DNA of 60,717 nucleotides from a virus (taxonomy: Duplodnaviria > Caudoviricetes): positions 1 through 60,717 of IMG/VR virus record IMGVR_UViG_3300036798_000105; one strand, 5' to 3'. This document shows positions 9,957-19,800 of this stretch, piece by piece. The position numbers were made by a program, and so were the translations under genes. Position 1 is the stretch's first letter; each line of letters opens with the position of its first letter. The notes beneath the pieces were generated by a model. The model ran no database searches and was not told the origin of the DNA. It saw only the letters and a program-made list of their open reading frames with translations.

Positions 9957-10346
9957 ATGACATACCCAGTCTTCCCCGATCCCGAGACAATGCTGATGTA
10001 CGCACTCGTTCCGCAGAATCCGAACATCCGTTTCGTCACCGTCATGCCGTACGGAGATCCGGCAAAGATCACGGCTCGTATCCGGCGTACCGGCGGCATA
10101 GTTGTTCATGTTGGTCTTGACCGCCCAGTTATTGATATTGATGTGTTCGGCCCTAAGTCCCAGATTGGCAATGTCTCTGCCGCTGCGAGAGAAATCCAGT
10201 CACAGATGATGTCGCTAATGAGCGCCATCGTACCGAATGGAGTGTTTCAGCGCGTTACTACCGTAAGCAGTCCCCGTCAACTCCCGGAGGTTAACCCAAA
10301 TCTAGTGCGGTATTCCGCAACGTATGAACTCAGCGTACACCCGTAG
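9957..10346 (+). CDS. Tail terminator
   Basis: RRTGG, IDIDVF and RYSATY motifs; directly before the major tail gene. Confidence 0.75.
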   Translation: MTYPVFPDPETMLMYALVPQNPNIRFVTVMPYGDPAKITARIRRTGGIVVHVGLDRPVIDIDVFGPKSQIGNVSAAAREIQSQMMSLMSAIVPNGVFQRVTTVSSPRQLPEVNPNLVRYSATYELSVHP

Positions 10347-10357
10347 GAGGAAGTAGA

Positions 10358-11272
10358 ATGTCACCCAGCAAGACAGCAGCAGCGGCAGGAATCGAAGAGT
10401 ATGGCGTAGATGCCCCTGTTCCCCTGGCAGGATTGCCGGCGCCAGGCTCCGGCCCGTACAAGAGCAACACGCTGCTTTACGCAGCGGGCGATGTCGTCGT
10501 GTGGGTCGGCCCGGCGAACCTCGCGCCGCCTGTCGGGTTTGAGGACCCGACTACGATCACCGGCGGTAGCTATAAGTGCTGTGGCTGGACCGACGTGTCC
10601 GGCTACATCTTCAAGCTGGACGAGACAATCAAGGACATCCCGGCCGCCGGAGTCCTTACCCCGATCAGGTCCATCCTCACCGGCGGCGTCAAGACCTGCC
10701 AGGTCATCTTCCTGGAGGCGCTCAACCCGAACGTCCAGGGCCTGTACGACGATGTGTCGTTGTTCCCGGCGTCATCATCTCCGCTCAAGCCCGCGCCCGG
10801 TCGTGTCGATGCGGCTTGCGGCACCACCATCAACAACACGCTCGTAACGGACTCCGCTTGTGTCGCTGGCGATGTTGGCAAGAGCGTGTCTGGCACTGGC
10901 GTCTCTGTCGGGTCAACCATAGTGTCTGTCACCGCGGGCACCAGCTTCGTCATGAGCTCGCCGGCAACGGCAACCGGGGCGGCTGTATCGCTGACGATCG
11001 GCAGCAACACCGCGGTCTACATCATCCCGGACCCGCCTGCCGACAACCGGTACTCGCTGATCTTCGACAGCGTAGACGGTGTCAAGAGGCGGCGTCTGTA
11101 CGCTCCGTTCGCCAAGGTGACGGCGCGCGGTAATGATCAGACGCAGCAGGGCGACATCACGATGACGGACCTCACGTTCACGTTCTACCCCGGCCAGATC
11201 GGGACGGTCAACAACGCCGTAGCGCAGCGTTACATCGGCTACGGCCAGGACGTATCGGCGTACTTCACGTGA
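10358..11272 (+). CDS. Major tail (tube) protein with inserted beta-domain
   Basis: Synteny; insertion at about 10796-11002. Confidence 0.85.
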   Translation: MSPSKTAAAAGIEEYGVDAPVPLAGLPAPGSGPYKSNTLLYAAGDVVVWVGPANLAPPVGFEDPTTITGGSYKCCGWTDVSGYIFKLDETIKDIPAAGVLTPIRSILTGGVKTCQVIFLEALNPNVQGLYDDVSLFPASSSPLKPAPGRVDAACGTTINNTLVTDSACVAGDVGKSVSGTGVSVGSTIVSVTAGTSFVMSSPATATGAAVSLTIGSNTAVYIIPDPPADNRYSLIFDSVDGVKRRRLYAPFAKVTARGNDQTQQGDITMTDLTFTFYPGQIGTVNNAVAQRYIGYGQDVSAYFT

Positions 11273-11643
11273 GCGAGAACGATTGGGTGGATGTTCCCCA
11301 AGACGAGCAGTCTGTCGATGTCGACCTTGACGCGATCGACGATGTGCTGCGCAAGGAAGTCGTCGGCGAGGGCGTGACGGTGCGCATCGACGGCAAGGTC
11401 ATACACGTGTCGCACGCCAAGGACTGGACGTCAACAGCGATGCGCGCGGCGTCGGCCGGTGACTGGGACACGTGGGCGCGGGAAGTCATCGATGATGACG
11501 CCGAGTTTGCCGTGTGGGTCGAAGCTGACCTCAAGAACTACCAAGTCGAGGCCGTATTCGAGGAGTGCGGCAGGCAATCTCGGATGAACATGGGAAAATC
11601 CAGAAAGCGCTCTGGGTCACAGAATCGTTCCCAGAGGAGGTAG
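11269..11643 (+). CDS. Tail assembly chaperone (gpG-like)
   Basis: Between tail tube and tape measure genes; contains the slippery site. Confidence 0.85.
   Translation: MSENDWVDVPQDEQSVDVDLDAIDDVLRKEVVGEGVTVRIDGKVIHVSHAKDWTSTAMRAASAGDWDTWAREVIDDDAEFAVWVEADLKNYQVEAVFEECGRQSRMNMGKSRKRSGSQNRSQRR
11592..11598 (+). promoter_or_regulatory. Programmed -1 frameshift site G GGA AAA
   Basis: X XXY YYZ heptamer in phase (M-G-K). The -1 frame is open to 12068. Confidence 0.85.
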
Positions 11644-12068
11644 AGGCAGACCTACAGCGCTATTACGGAGTAGCCTTGTCTAGCTTGGGAAGGGATCTTT
11701 CCTGGCGCAGGCTACTGGTACTGGTAGACCATCTTCCCGCGGAGGGTGCTTTGAACACGGCGATTCGGAATGCGACACCGGCCGATATGCTCGCTGTCTC
11801 GGCTGGCGATTCCGCGCAGGCACCGTGGAGTGCTCTTGAGATGTTGACTGCCGCGCTTGTCGATGAGCTGCGGCAGCTTAACTGGATGTTCGCGAGCGTG
11901 AATTCCGGCGGCCAGAATATTAAGAGGCCTGAGCTTGTTCGCAGGCCGGGCACCGAGACTCAGCGTGGCAAGCTGATGAGTATCGAATCCGCGCGGATGC
12001 TTGATCCTCGCCTACGTGGCCTGGATGATGATGAAGTGCGTGAGCGGATGGCAGGGCGAGCATCATGA
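11598..12068 (+). CDS. Tail assembly chaperone frameshift extension (gpT-like)
   Basis: EADLQRYYG...LSWRRL.VLVDHLP pattern; lies in the -1 frame of the upstream gene. Confidence 0.85.
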   Translation: MQKALWVTESFPEEVEADLQRYYGVALSSLGRDLSWRRLLVLVDHLPAEGALNTAIRNATPADMLAVSAGDSAQAPWSALEMLTAALVDELRQLNWMFASVNSGGQNIKRPELVRRPGTETQRGKLMSIESARMLDPRLRGLDDDEVRERMAGRAS

Positions 12069-15000
12069 CCGACATCTTTGTAGGCAGTGTGGCCGTTGGC
12101 GTCGTTCCTGATGCTCGTGGCTGGGAAGACAAGATGCGTCAGCAGCTGCTTCCGCCTTCACGAAAGGTCGGGGATGAAGTAGGCAAGGAGATTGGCGGTG
12201 GCGTAGAGAGCGGGATGGCCGACGCCGGGGATAAGTCGGCCAAAGACTTCGGGAAAACATTCAAGATACGACTCAAGGAGATTATTGATACGATCCCCAA
12301 TGTACAGCTCGATGGCAATTCAACGCCAATCGATAAGAAGATGTCTGACATACGCACCAAGCTTATGATCCTCAGCAGGATGAATATCGTCGACACCAAG
12401 AAGGCAGTTGAGAACTTGGCAATTGTCGAGGCTGATGTTAAGCACTTGGCGGATATGTCCAAGGACATCAAGCTCGACTTCGATACCAAAGATGCTCTCG
12501 GCAAACTAGCGGAGCTACGCCTCGCGGAGTCAAAGGTCTTGAAGCTTGCTGTAGGCGGTGGTGGCGGTGGCAAGGCAGGCAAAGGCCCTACCGTCGCTAG
12601 TGTTGAAGCGGCTATATCAACGACGTCAGGTGCGGCGTCGGCCGGGACCGGTGTCCTCGGAAACATCATGAGCTTCTTTGGAGGCATAAAGGGGTTCTTT
12701 GGTGGAGGTGGAGGAGGAGGCGGCGGTGGTGGAGGTATTGCGGCTGCGGCTGCTGCTCCTGCTGGTGGTGGTGGAGGAGGCGGTCTCGCGGCACTTGGAG
12801 GGATAGGTGGAGGGGCAGCTATTGGGATAGCGCTTGCGGCAGCCGCTCCGTTTATAGCGCAGGCAATTGGCGGTATTATTGTAGCAGGATTCGGTACGGC
12901 CCTTACCGGAATCGGCATTGCCGGCGCGGCCATGACCGGGAAGCTTACCGCGCCATTCAAGTCACTAACGACGCAGCTATCCCGAGAGATGAAGGCGATT
13001 GGGACGCCATTCGTCGCGCCACTCAGGGAAGTGCTACGGAACATAGGCGTAGTTGCGCATGAGATGCAGCCTATCCTCGTCAAGGCTAGCAAGATCATTG
13101 GTGTCCCATTCCAGAAGTTCCTTGATGCGATTATCAAGGCGTTCGGCCAGAAGTCGGTACAGAATTCTATTCTTGCGATGGCCAATGCTTTCCAGTCTAT
13201 CATCACTGCTGTCACCCCGTCCATTGGGCGTGATGTAGGCATACTGGCAAACTCCTTGACTCAACTGGCCAACACTATTGCGGCGAATCCGCAGGCAATG
13301 GCCAATGTGTTCAACTACATCGTCAACATCATCAACTTCCTGATTGCGAGTACGGCTGATCTGGCGAAGATTGCCGTATTCATCGAGAAGTGGCATGGCG
13401 GGGCAGTTGGGCACGCTATTGGCGCTACCGCGCGGCATCTAGGCGAGTATGGCCGAGGAGTAGGTGATATTGCTGCTACGCTTCTCCCGAGTACGCGAAC
13501 GCCAGCGCAAAGAGCTCAGAGTGCTGCGGCCGCTGCCAGAGCGATAAATCAATCCGTGACCTTCAAGGACAACACTACGCCTGGATGGCTTCAGGCACTA
13601 TCAAATCAATCGCTGAGTCATGTTGTTGACAATGTACGTATTTTCTTCATAGACATAGGGCACGCTTTTGAGCAGGGATGGAACAATGCCTATAATGATA
13701 CTGTTAGATGGATTACGCAAACTTGGCAACATGGCCACAATTTGATGGTTGGGTGGGGCCATGATATTGCCCACTGGTTCGATAATGTCAAGCATTTCTT
13801 CATCGTCGGCTGGAATACGGCCTACAACACTACCGTACAGTGGATTATACGAACGTGGCAACATGGTCATAACCTCATGGTTAGCTGGGGTCATGATATC
13901 GCTCATTGGTTTGACAATACGAAGAGTGTTTTTGAAACTGGCTGGAACTGGGTATATTCGCATACCATAGGCGCTATCGTCCGGCTAATCGCTCATGCCG
14001 GCACTTTGTTCGATGGCTGGTACCACAACGTACTCAACTGGTTCGGCAATACCGAAACTGCGTTCACCAATGCCTGGAACACTATCTACAACAATACCGT
14101 AGGTGCTGTCATACGCCTCATCGCTCGTGTGGAGACTTTGTTTACCGGCTGGAAGACGAACATCATCAATTGGGGCAGGGATGCTCTTACTTGGCTGTTG
14201 AAGATGGGCGGCGACCTCATTCAGGGATTCAAGAATGGCATCATCGCGGGGATGAAGAATGTTGCCAAGTGGGGCTATGACGACATCGTGAAGCCGGTTA
14301 TCAACTTCCTGTTGAGTCCGACAGGATTCCATATGGGATCTCCATCAAAGAAAATGATCCCAATCGGCAAGCAGATCATCACCGGTATCATCCACGGTAT
14401 GATCGGTGAGGGCAAGAACATAGGCCACTTTGTCGCGAAGGTATTCGGGTCATGGCCCAAGGCGATCATGAGCTTCCTTTCAAAGGGACTTATCAACATG
14501 GGCCAAATCTTCAAGCTGCCGTCAAAGGCTCTTTCCGCTCTTGGTGGTGTCTTGGGGTTCAGCAGTACTTCTCGTGTAGTTGGTTCCGCTATTAGGAGTT
14601 TGTGGCATGCCATAACCGGTGGTGGCGGAGGCAATGTCACTAGGTGGGCCGGCACCGTATCCAAGGCGCTTACGATGCTTGGACTTCCACAGTCATTGTC
14701 CGGCGCGGTTCTGTACCAGATGCAGACGGAATCCGGCGGAAACGTGAATGCCATAAACCTCACGGACATCAATGCGAAGCGTGGGGATCCGTCGCGCGGT
14801 CTCATGCAGGTGATTGGCTCGACGTTCTCGGCGTTCCACGTTCCTGGTACATCGTGGAATATATACGACCCGCTTGCCAACATAGCTTCCGCCATAAACT
14901 ATGCTAGGCATACGTATGGCGCGAGCCTAGCGAACAGCCGTGGTGGCATAGGTTCCGGTCGTGGGTACGATACCGGAGGCTGGCTACCTACCGGCGTAAC

Positions 15001-15199
15001 GCTCGCGTACAACATGACCGGACAGCCGGAGCGTATCCTATCACCTACCGAGCTGAAGGCGATGTCAGCTAGCGGTACTCAGTACCATGCGCATTTCGAC
15101 GGCCTTACCGGACAGGCTATCGAGTCGCATGTACGCACCGCGTTCTCGATGATGAACCTTAAGCAGGGCAATATGTACAGGCAAGGGAGGCGGTCTTGA
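12065..15199 (+). CDS. Tape measure protein with C-terminal lytic transglycosylase (SLT) domain
   Basis: 1044 aa; Trp/Phe 11-residue periodicity; ESGGN.NAIN...GLMQ...DPLANI motifs. Confidence 0.93.
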   Translation: MTDIFVGSVAVGVVPDARGWEDKMRQQLLPPSRKVGDEVGKEIGGGVESGMADAGDKSAKDFGKTFKIRLKEIIDTIPNVQLDGNSTPIDKKMSDIRTKLMILSRMNIVDTKKAVENLAIVEADVKHLADMSKDIKLDFDTKDALGKLAELRLAESKVLKLAVGGGGGGKAGKGPTVASVEAAISTTSGAASAGTGVLGNIMSFFGGIKGFFGGGGGGGGGGGGIAAAAAAPAGGGGGGGLAALGGIGGGAAIGIALAAAAPFIAQAIGGIIVAGFGTALTGIGIAGAAMTGKLTAPFKSLTTQLSREMKAIGTPFVAPLREVLRNIGVVAHEMQPILVKASKIIGVPFQKFLDAIIKAFGQKSVQNSILAMANAFQSIITAVTPSIGRDVGILANSLTQLANTIAANPQAMANVFNYIVNIINFLIASTADLAKIAVFIEKWHGGAVGHAIGATARHLGEYGRGVGDIAATLLPSTRTPAQRAQSAAAAARAINQSVTFKDNTTPGWLQALSNQSLSHVVDNVRIFFIDIGHAFEQGWNNAYNDTVRWITQTWQHGHNLMVGWGHDIAHWFDNVKHFFIVGWNTAYNTTVQWIIRTWQHGHNLMVSWGHDIAHWFDNTKSVFETGWNWVYSHTIGAIVRLIAHAGTLFDGWYHNVLNWFGNTETAFTNAWNTIYNNTVGAVIRLIARVETLFTGWKTNIINWGRDALTWLLKMGGDLIQGFKNGIIAGMKNVAKWGYDDIVKPVINFLLSPTGFHMGSPSKKMIPIGKQIITGIIHGMIGEGKNIGHFVAKVFGSWPKAIMSFLSKGLINMGQIFKLPSKALSALGGVLGFSSTSRVVGSAIRSLWHAITGGGGGNVTRWAGTVSKALTMLGLPQSLSGAVLYQMQTESGGNVNAINLTDINAKRGDPSRGLMQVIGSTFSAFHVPGTSWNIYDPLANIASAINYARHTYGASLANSRGGIGSGRGYDTGGWLPTGVTLAYNMTGQPERILSPTELKAMSASGTQYHAHFDGLTGQAIESHVRTAFSMMNLKQGNMYRQGRRS

Positions 15200-16845
15200 T
15201 GTCTGCTGGGGTTGGGGTATCACCGCTGCTGGCGGGATCGTCTGCGCAATACCAGGCTGCTGTTATGTCGTCGGGGCCTATCCGCTACTGGCCGCTGAAT
15301 GATGCGATAGGTTCCACTACGGCGGCAGAGTATGCCGCGCAATCGCGAGGGAACGTTTATGGCGGCGTAACATTCGGGATTAGTGATCCGTGGGGAAATC
15401 CTGGCGCGGCTTCATTCGATGGTGCTTCCGGCGAGATAATTGAATCCAATTCTTGGAATCTGCCGTCGCCTAATTACCCATACACAGTGGAATGTTTCTA
15501 TCAAACTGGTGCGAATGTTCGCTGTGGAATGGTGGAGTTTAATCTTTCTAATTCTCCCGGAGCGGGTATTGGCACAACTTATTCTCCATGCCTATACGTG
15601 ACAAGTAGCACACTAGGGAATGCGCAATACAATACAGTCCAAGGTTGGCAATTTGCTAATGACACGGCGGCAACTGGGGATGGTAATTGGCATCACGCCG
15701 TCGCGACATATGATGGAGTCTCTACGGTATCCCTCTACCGGGATGGTATACTAAGAAGTACGATAGGCGTCTCGTCAATATATACTTCTAGCGCATACTG
15801 GCGTCTAGGACATTCGCAAATTGTTCCAACTTGGTTTCCCGGAAGTCTTGCGCATGTAGCGATATTCGCTCGCTGCCTAAGTTCCTCGGAGGTAACTAGC
15901 CACTACAATTCGATTGCGCCGCAGCCACCTACGCCGCAAGCGCCATCGACCGCGCCGACACCACTTTCCATAACGTATGTCGATCCTGACGGCAAAACAT
16001 GGGACTTCTCCGATCTGTCGATGAAGAACGGGTACGTCTGTTCGGCTATCGCGGGTATCGAGGGATTCCCTGTGATGATGCAGGTCATCCCGTTCCTAGA
16101 CGGTACCTCGCTTGCGAATGTATATATTCCGCAAACGGGCACGATCGGCCTCGCTATCCTTGTGTCACGTCCCGCGAGCAACAACCAGAATGACTACTAC
16201 AATGTTCTCGATGGTCTAGTGAGAGCATTTCTGACACGGCGTAATGAAGCGCCGAAGCCTGGCACCCTTATCATCGGCCGTCCCGACGGGTCCGCGCGGC
16301 AAATCCAAACGTACACGACATCCGGTCTCGATACCCCGGATGTCGGCAAAAACGACATGGCCCTGTACTCGTTCTCGCTCTCGACACCGGACCCTTACTG
16401 GAGTGACCGGACAGCCAATCAGCTTATTTACGCGATGGCAAGTGGAGCGGCTGGAATTCTCCCGATGCTTCCGGTAGCGTTCAACAGTGCTGCCGTAATC
16501 GGCGCTACCGTAATCAACAATAAGGGCACCGGCCTTACCTTCCCAACATGGACTATTACGGGTCCTGGCACCCCAACTATTTCAAACAATACTACCGGGC
16601 GTTCATGGGGGCTGAGTGCTGCGGTGCCTGCTGGACAGCAGGTACAGGTAGTCACGCAACGTGGACAGCAGAAAGCAATCAATCTAACCACCAAGGCTAA
16701 TGTATGGAGCCAGCTAGTCACCAGTTCTCCTCGGGATCTGTGGCCTTTGGTGAATGGCAATAACAATGTGACCATAGCGCTTTCCGGGGCCACTGCTGCT
16801 TCAAGCGTGCTGTGTAGCTGGACTAATAGATGGGGGAGGGCATGA
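15199..16845 (+). CDS. Distal tail-like protein with N-terminal LamG/concanavalin-like domain
   Basis: YWPLND...WHHAVATYDG...LYRDG; C-terminal PDPYW and P.WTITGP Dit-like region. Confidence 0.75.
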   Translation: MSAGVGVSPLLAGSSAQYQAAVMSSGPIRYWPLNDAIGSTTAAEYAAQSRGNVYGGVTFGISDPWGNPGAASFDGASGEIIESNSWNLPSPNYPYTVECFYQTGANVRCGMVEFNLSNSPGAGIGTTYSPCLYVTSSTLGNAQYNTVQGWQFANDTAATGDGNWHHAVATYDGVSTVSLYRDGILRSTIGVSSIYTSSAYWRLGHSQIVPTWFPGSLAHVAIFARCLSSSEVTSHYNSIAPQPPTPQAPSTAPTPLSITYVDPDGKTWDFSDLSMKNGYVCSAIAGIEGFPVMMQVIPFLDGTSLANVYIPQTGTIGLAILVSRPASNNQNDYYNVLDGLVRAFLTRRNEAPKPGTLIIGRPDGSARQIQTYTTSGLDTPDVGKNDMALYSFSLSTPDPYWSDRTANQLIYAMASGAAGILPMLPVAFNSAAVIGATVINNKGTGLTFPTWTITGPGTPTISNNTTGRSWGLSAAVPAGQQVQVVTQRGQQKAINLTTKANVWSQLVTSSPRDLWPLVNGNNNVTIALSGATAASSVLCSWTNRWGRA

Positions 16846-19800
16846 GCGAGGTAGATGAGCGAGCAGTAACCCTGCCGGTACCCGTTCGCGCGGGATCGTT
16901 CAATGCTGCTGCGGGCGGTAGTCCTTATGCTGTTCCGATTCCGTCGGGGTATGCGCAAGGTTCGCTGGTCCAGGTATGCGTGACAACAATTGCTAATGTC
17001 CAGTCGACTAGTGTTGCTGACAGTAACGGCAATTCTTTTGTCAAGGTTGCGGAAATACAATGGAATGCTGCTGGGAACTGGTCATATACCGCTATATGGG
17101 AACTTAATAATGCCCCGGCTCTCGCGGCTAATGGAACTGTCAACGTCGTCATCCCGGCCGGTTCGGCTATATCGGTCGCGGTCGTTACCGTTCCGGGGCC
17201 GGTAGTTTCGTCAAGTGCTCCTACTGGCCTAGGGGCTGCTACGGCACCGTCGCTTGCTACCGGTCCCGTTCCGAATGCCCCAGCATTGCTGATTGCGTAT
17301 GAGTCAAACTGGACTTCGGCTCTTCCATGGGTGGCTCCGGTTACCGGGTTTGGCGCTCCGGTGACCGGCAATAGTACCGGGTTCACGAGTACGGGTTATG
17401 CGAATGTTACAGATCCAGTGGCCGGTGTTACGGCATCTATGACCGGTACGGTGTCAAACTGGGGAATGGTTCTGCGGATTGTTACGCCGGCCAATCCGAC
17501 GATAACATCCACGTTGCCCAACGGCCTATCGGGTATTCAGTATAGCGCGACACTTACCGCGTCAGGAGGTCAGCCGCCGTATACATGGCAGGCTGTGGGG
17601 CTGCCTGCCGGGCTGTCGCTAAACGGCAGCGTAATTTCAGGTACGCCTATCGCAATGCTTTATAGTAATGTTACCCTAACTTGTACGGATAGTGTCGGGG
17701 CAAGTAGCAGCACTATACAGCAATTGATGGTGCGTTCATTTACGTCGCCGCCATCTAGCAAGTATATTGCGGATGTCCTGGCTTCTAGTCCGGTACGTTA
17801 CTGGCCATTGGATGATGCTCTTGGATCACTGTCCGCGCGGGAACTCGTAAACAATTCTACGGGTAACATCTTCGGCGGGGTAACGCTAGGTTCTCCCGAT
17901 CCCTGGGGCAGTTCTGGCGCGGCATCTTTCGACGGTAGCTCTGGCGAGGTTATCGACTCGAATGCCTGGAATATGGCCACATACAATTCCCCATATTCTA
18001 TTGAGTTCCTTTACAGCACTATGAACCCGCTTGGCGGAATGGTTGAGCACAACCTTAGTCCAAATACCGGGAGTGTGCCGAATCCCGCGACAGCATCATA
18101 CCAGATTAATTATAGCCAATCTGTTGCGTATGGTGCCGCTGTCCTTGTGATACCATTTACTGATCAAGATAATGTTCACATAAAGGACCTAGGGTCATAC
18201 TCGCAGTTTTCTGCTGTTACGTCATTCCGGGTAAGTGTCGGCGCGGGAATCGCCAACGAGTTTGCGATGTTTACGTTCACTACAACTGGTGGGGCCGGTA
18301 CCGTTACTGTAACTGATACGAAAGGGAATACATACACTCAGCTTATTTGGTACGCAACCGCGACTGGGCAGCGTACATGGCTATTCCAGTCAAACAGCAA
18401 AACGACCCTAACTAGTACGGACTACATAACTGTAACAACTACAGTTGCCGTTACTGGCTGGAGTGAAGCATTTAGTGCGATGGGCCTTCAGGCCGCATAC
18501 TCGTACTATAATACAATTACCGGCACCGGTACCGGTCCTGTATTCAATAATGTTCCAATTGGCCCCGGAATGAAATCCGTAATATGGATTTCGTCTAATG
18601 AAACTGTACGGGAACTTGTGCCGTCCGGGTTTACTTTTGCCAATGTCGCAAATACCGGGGGAGGTTCGAGCCTATATTCGTCACTGGGGTATTACCAGTA
18701 CTTCGATCATGGCGTATCAATGTCGTATAGCCCGACCGCTTTCATGTCTGGCGGCTCGAAGCTGTCATTGCGAAACTATTCGTTCCAGAAAGGACCCGTT
18801 ACCCTATCCGATTCGGGCGCGACGAATGACGGCAACTGGCATCACGGTGTCCTAGCGTTCGATGGCGTATCGACAATGTCCGTCTACCGCGACGGGATAC
18901 TCCAGGGAACAGTATCCACTACAAATAGCTACATGGGCGCGCGGTTCTGGCGCATCGGCCATACAATGTTGAACAGCGCCAATACGTCAGTGTGGGTTGA
19001 TGATCAGGATGCCGCTATTACGTATACAGGAACATGGAGTGGTAGCGGAGGTTATGATCCAGGTTATGGATTCTATAAAAATACTATCCATTTTTCTAAC
19101 CAGACTGGTGCTACTGCCACATTCAAGTTTATAGGCACATCCATTACATTGTGGGGAGATCTTGTATCCAATAGCGGTATAGCTTCAATATCAATAGATG
19201 GCGGAACAGCGGTGATGGTTGATTGTTATGCTCAGACGCAACAAAAGCCTTCTGCCGTATTCATGGCGTCTGGGCTGGCGAATGTATCGCATACAATAGT
19301 TGTTACAGTGACGGGGAATAAGAACCCGGCCTCTGCCGACACGTTCATTTCGATCGATGCCTTCATTTATGATACCGCTTCTGTTACGGATGCTTTCTTT
19401 TCTGGAAGCCTTTCGCATGTAGCGATCTATGGCCGCGCGATTACTGCTGGGGAAGTTGCCCTTCATTATGGCTCATATACGGCCGCGACATTCATCAACC
19501 CAATGGTACCTCCCGAGATGGTATGGGTTGAGATCCTAGACAACAATCTAGTAAGCCATGGCGTCATACAGTATGCGACCGTTAACGCCCAGCTGTACTT
19601 CAATGCGGTAGGTTCCTGGGACATTCTCGTTCAGTATACTGATGACTTGTGGAACCTGATGATGCTACCTCCGGCGAACGGCGGGCTAGGTGGCGAGTTC
19701 ATCATAGAGGTCAACTGGCGCGGCATATTCAAGTTCGGCGGCAAATGCGAACAGCCATCATACATTGACTCGATTCCAGGCTCAACCGGGACATCTGCCG

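Noticed and set aside
12139-13242. Long antisense ORFs (for example 12139-13242, 1476-2324, 33028-33873)
   Set aside because: Shadow frames expected opposite GC-rich genes; no independent coding signal.
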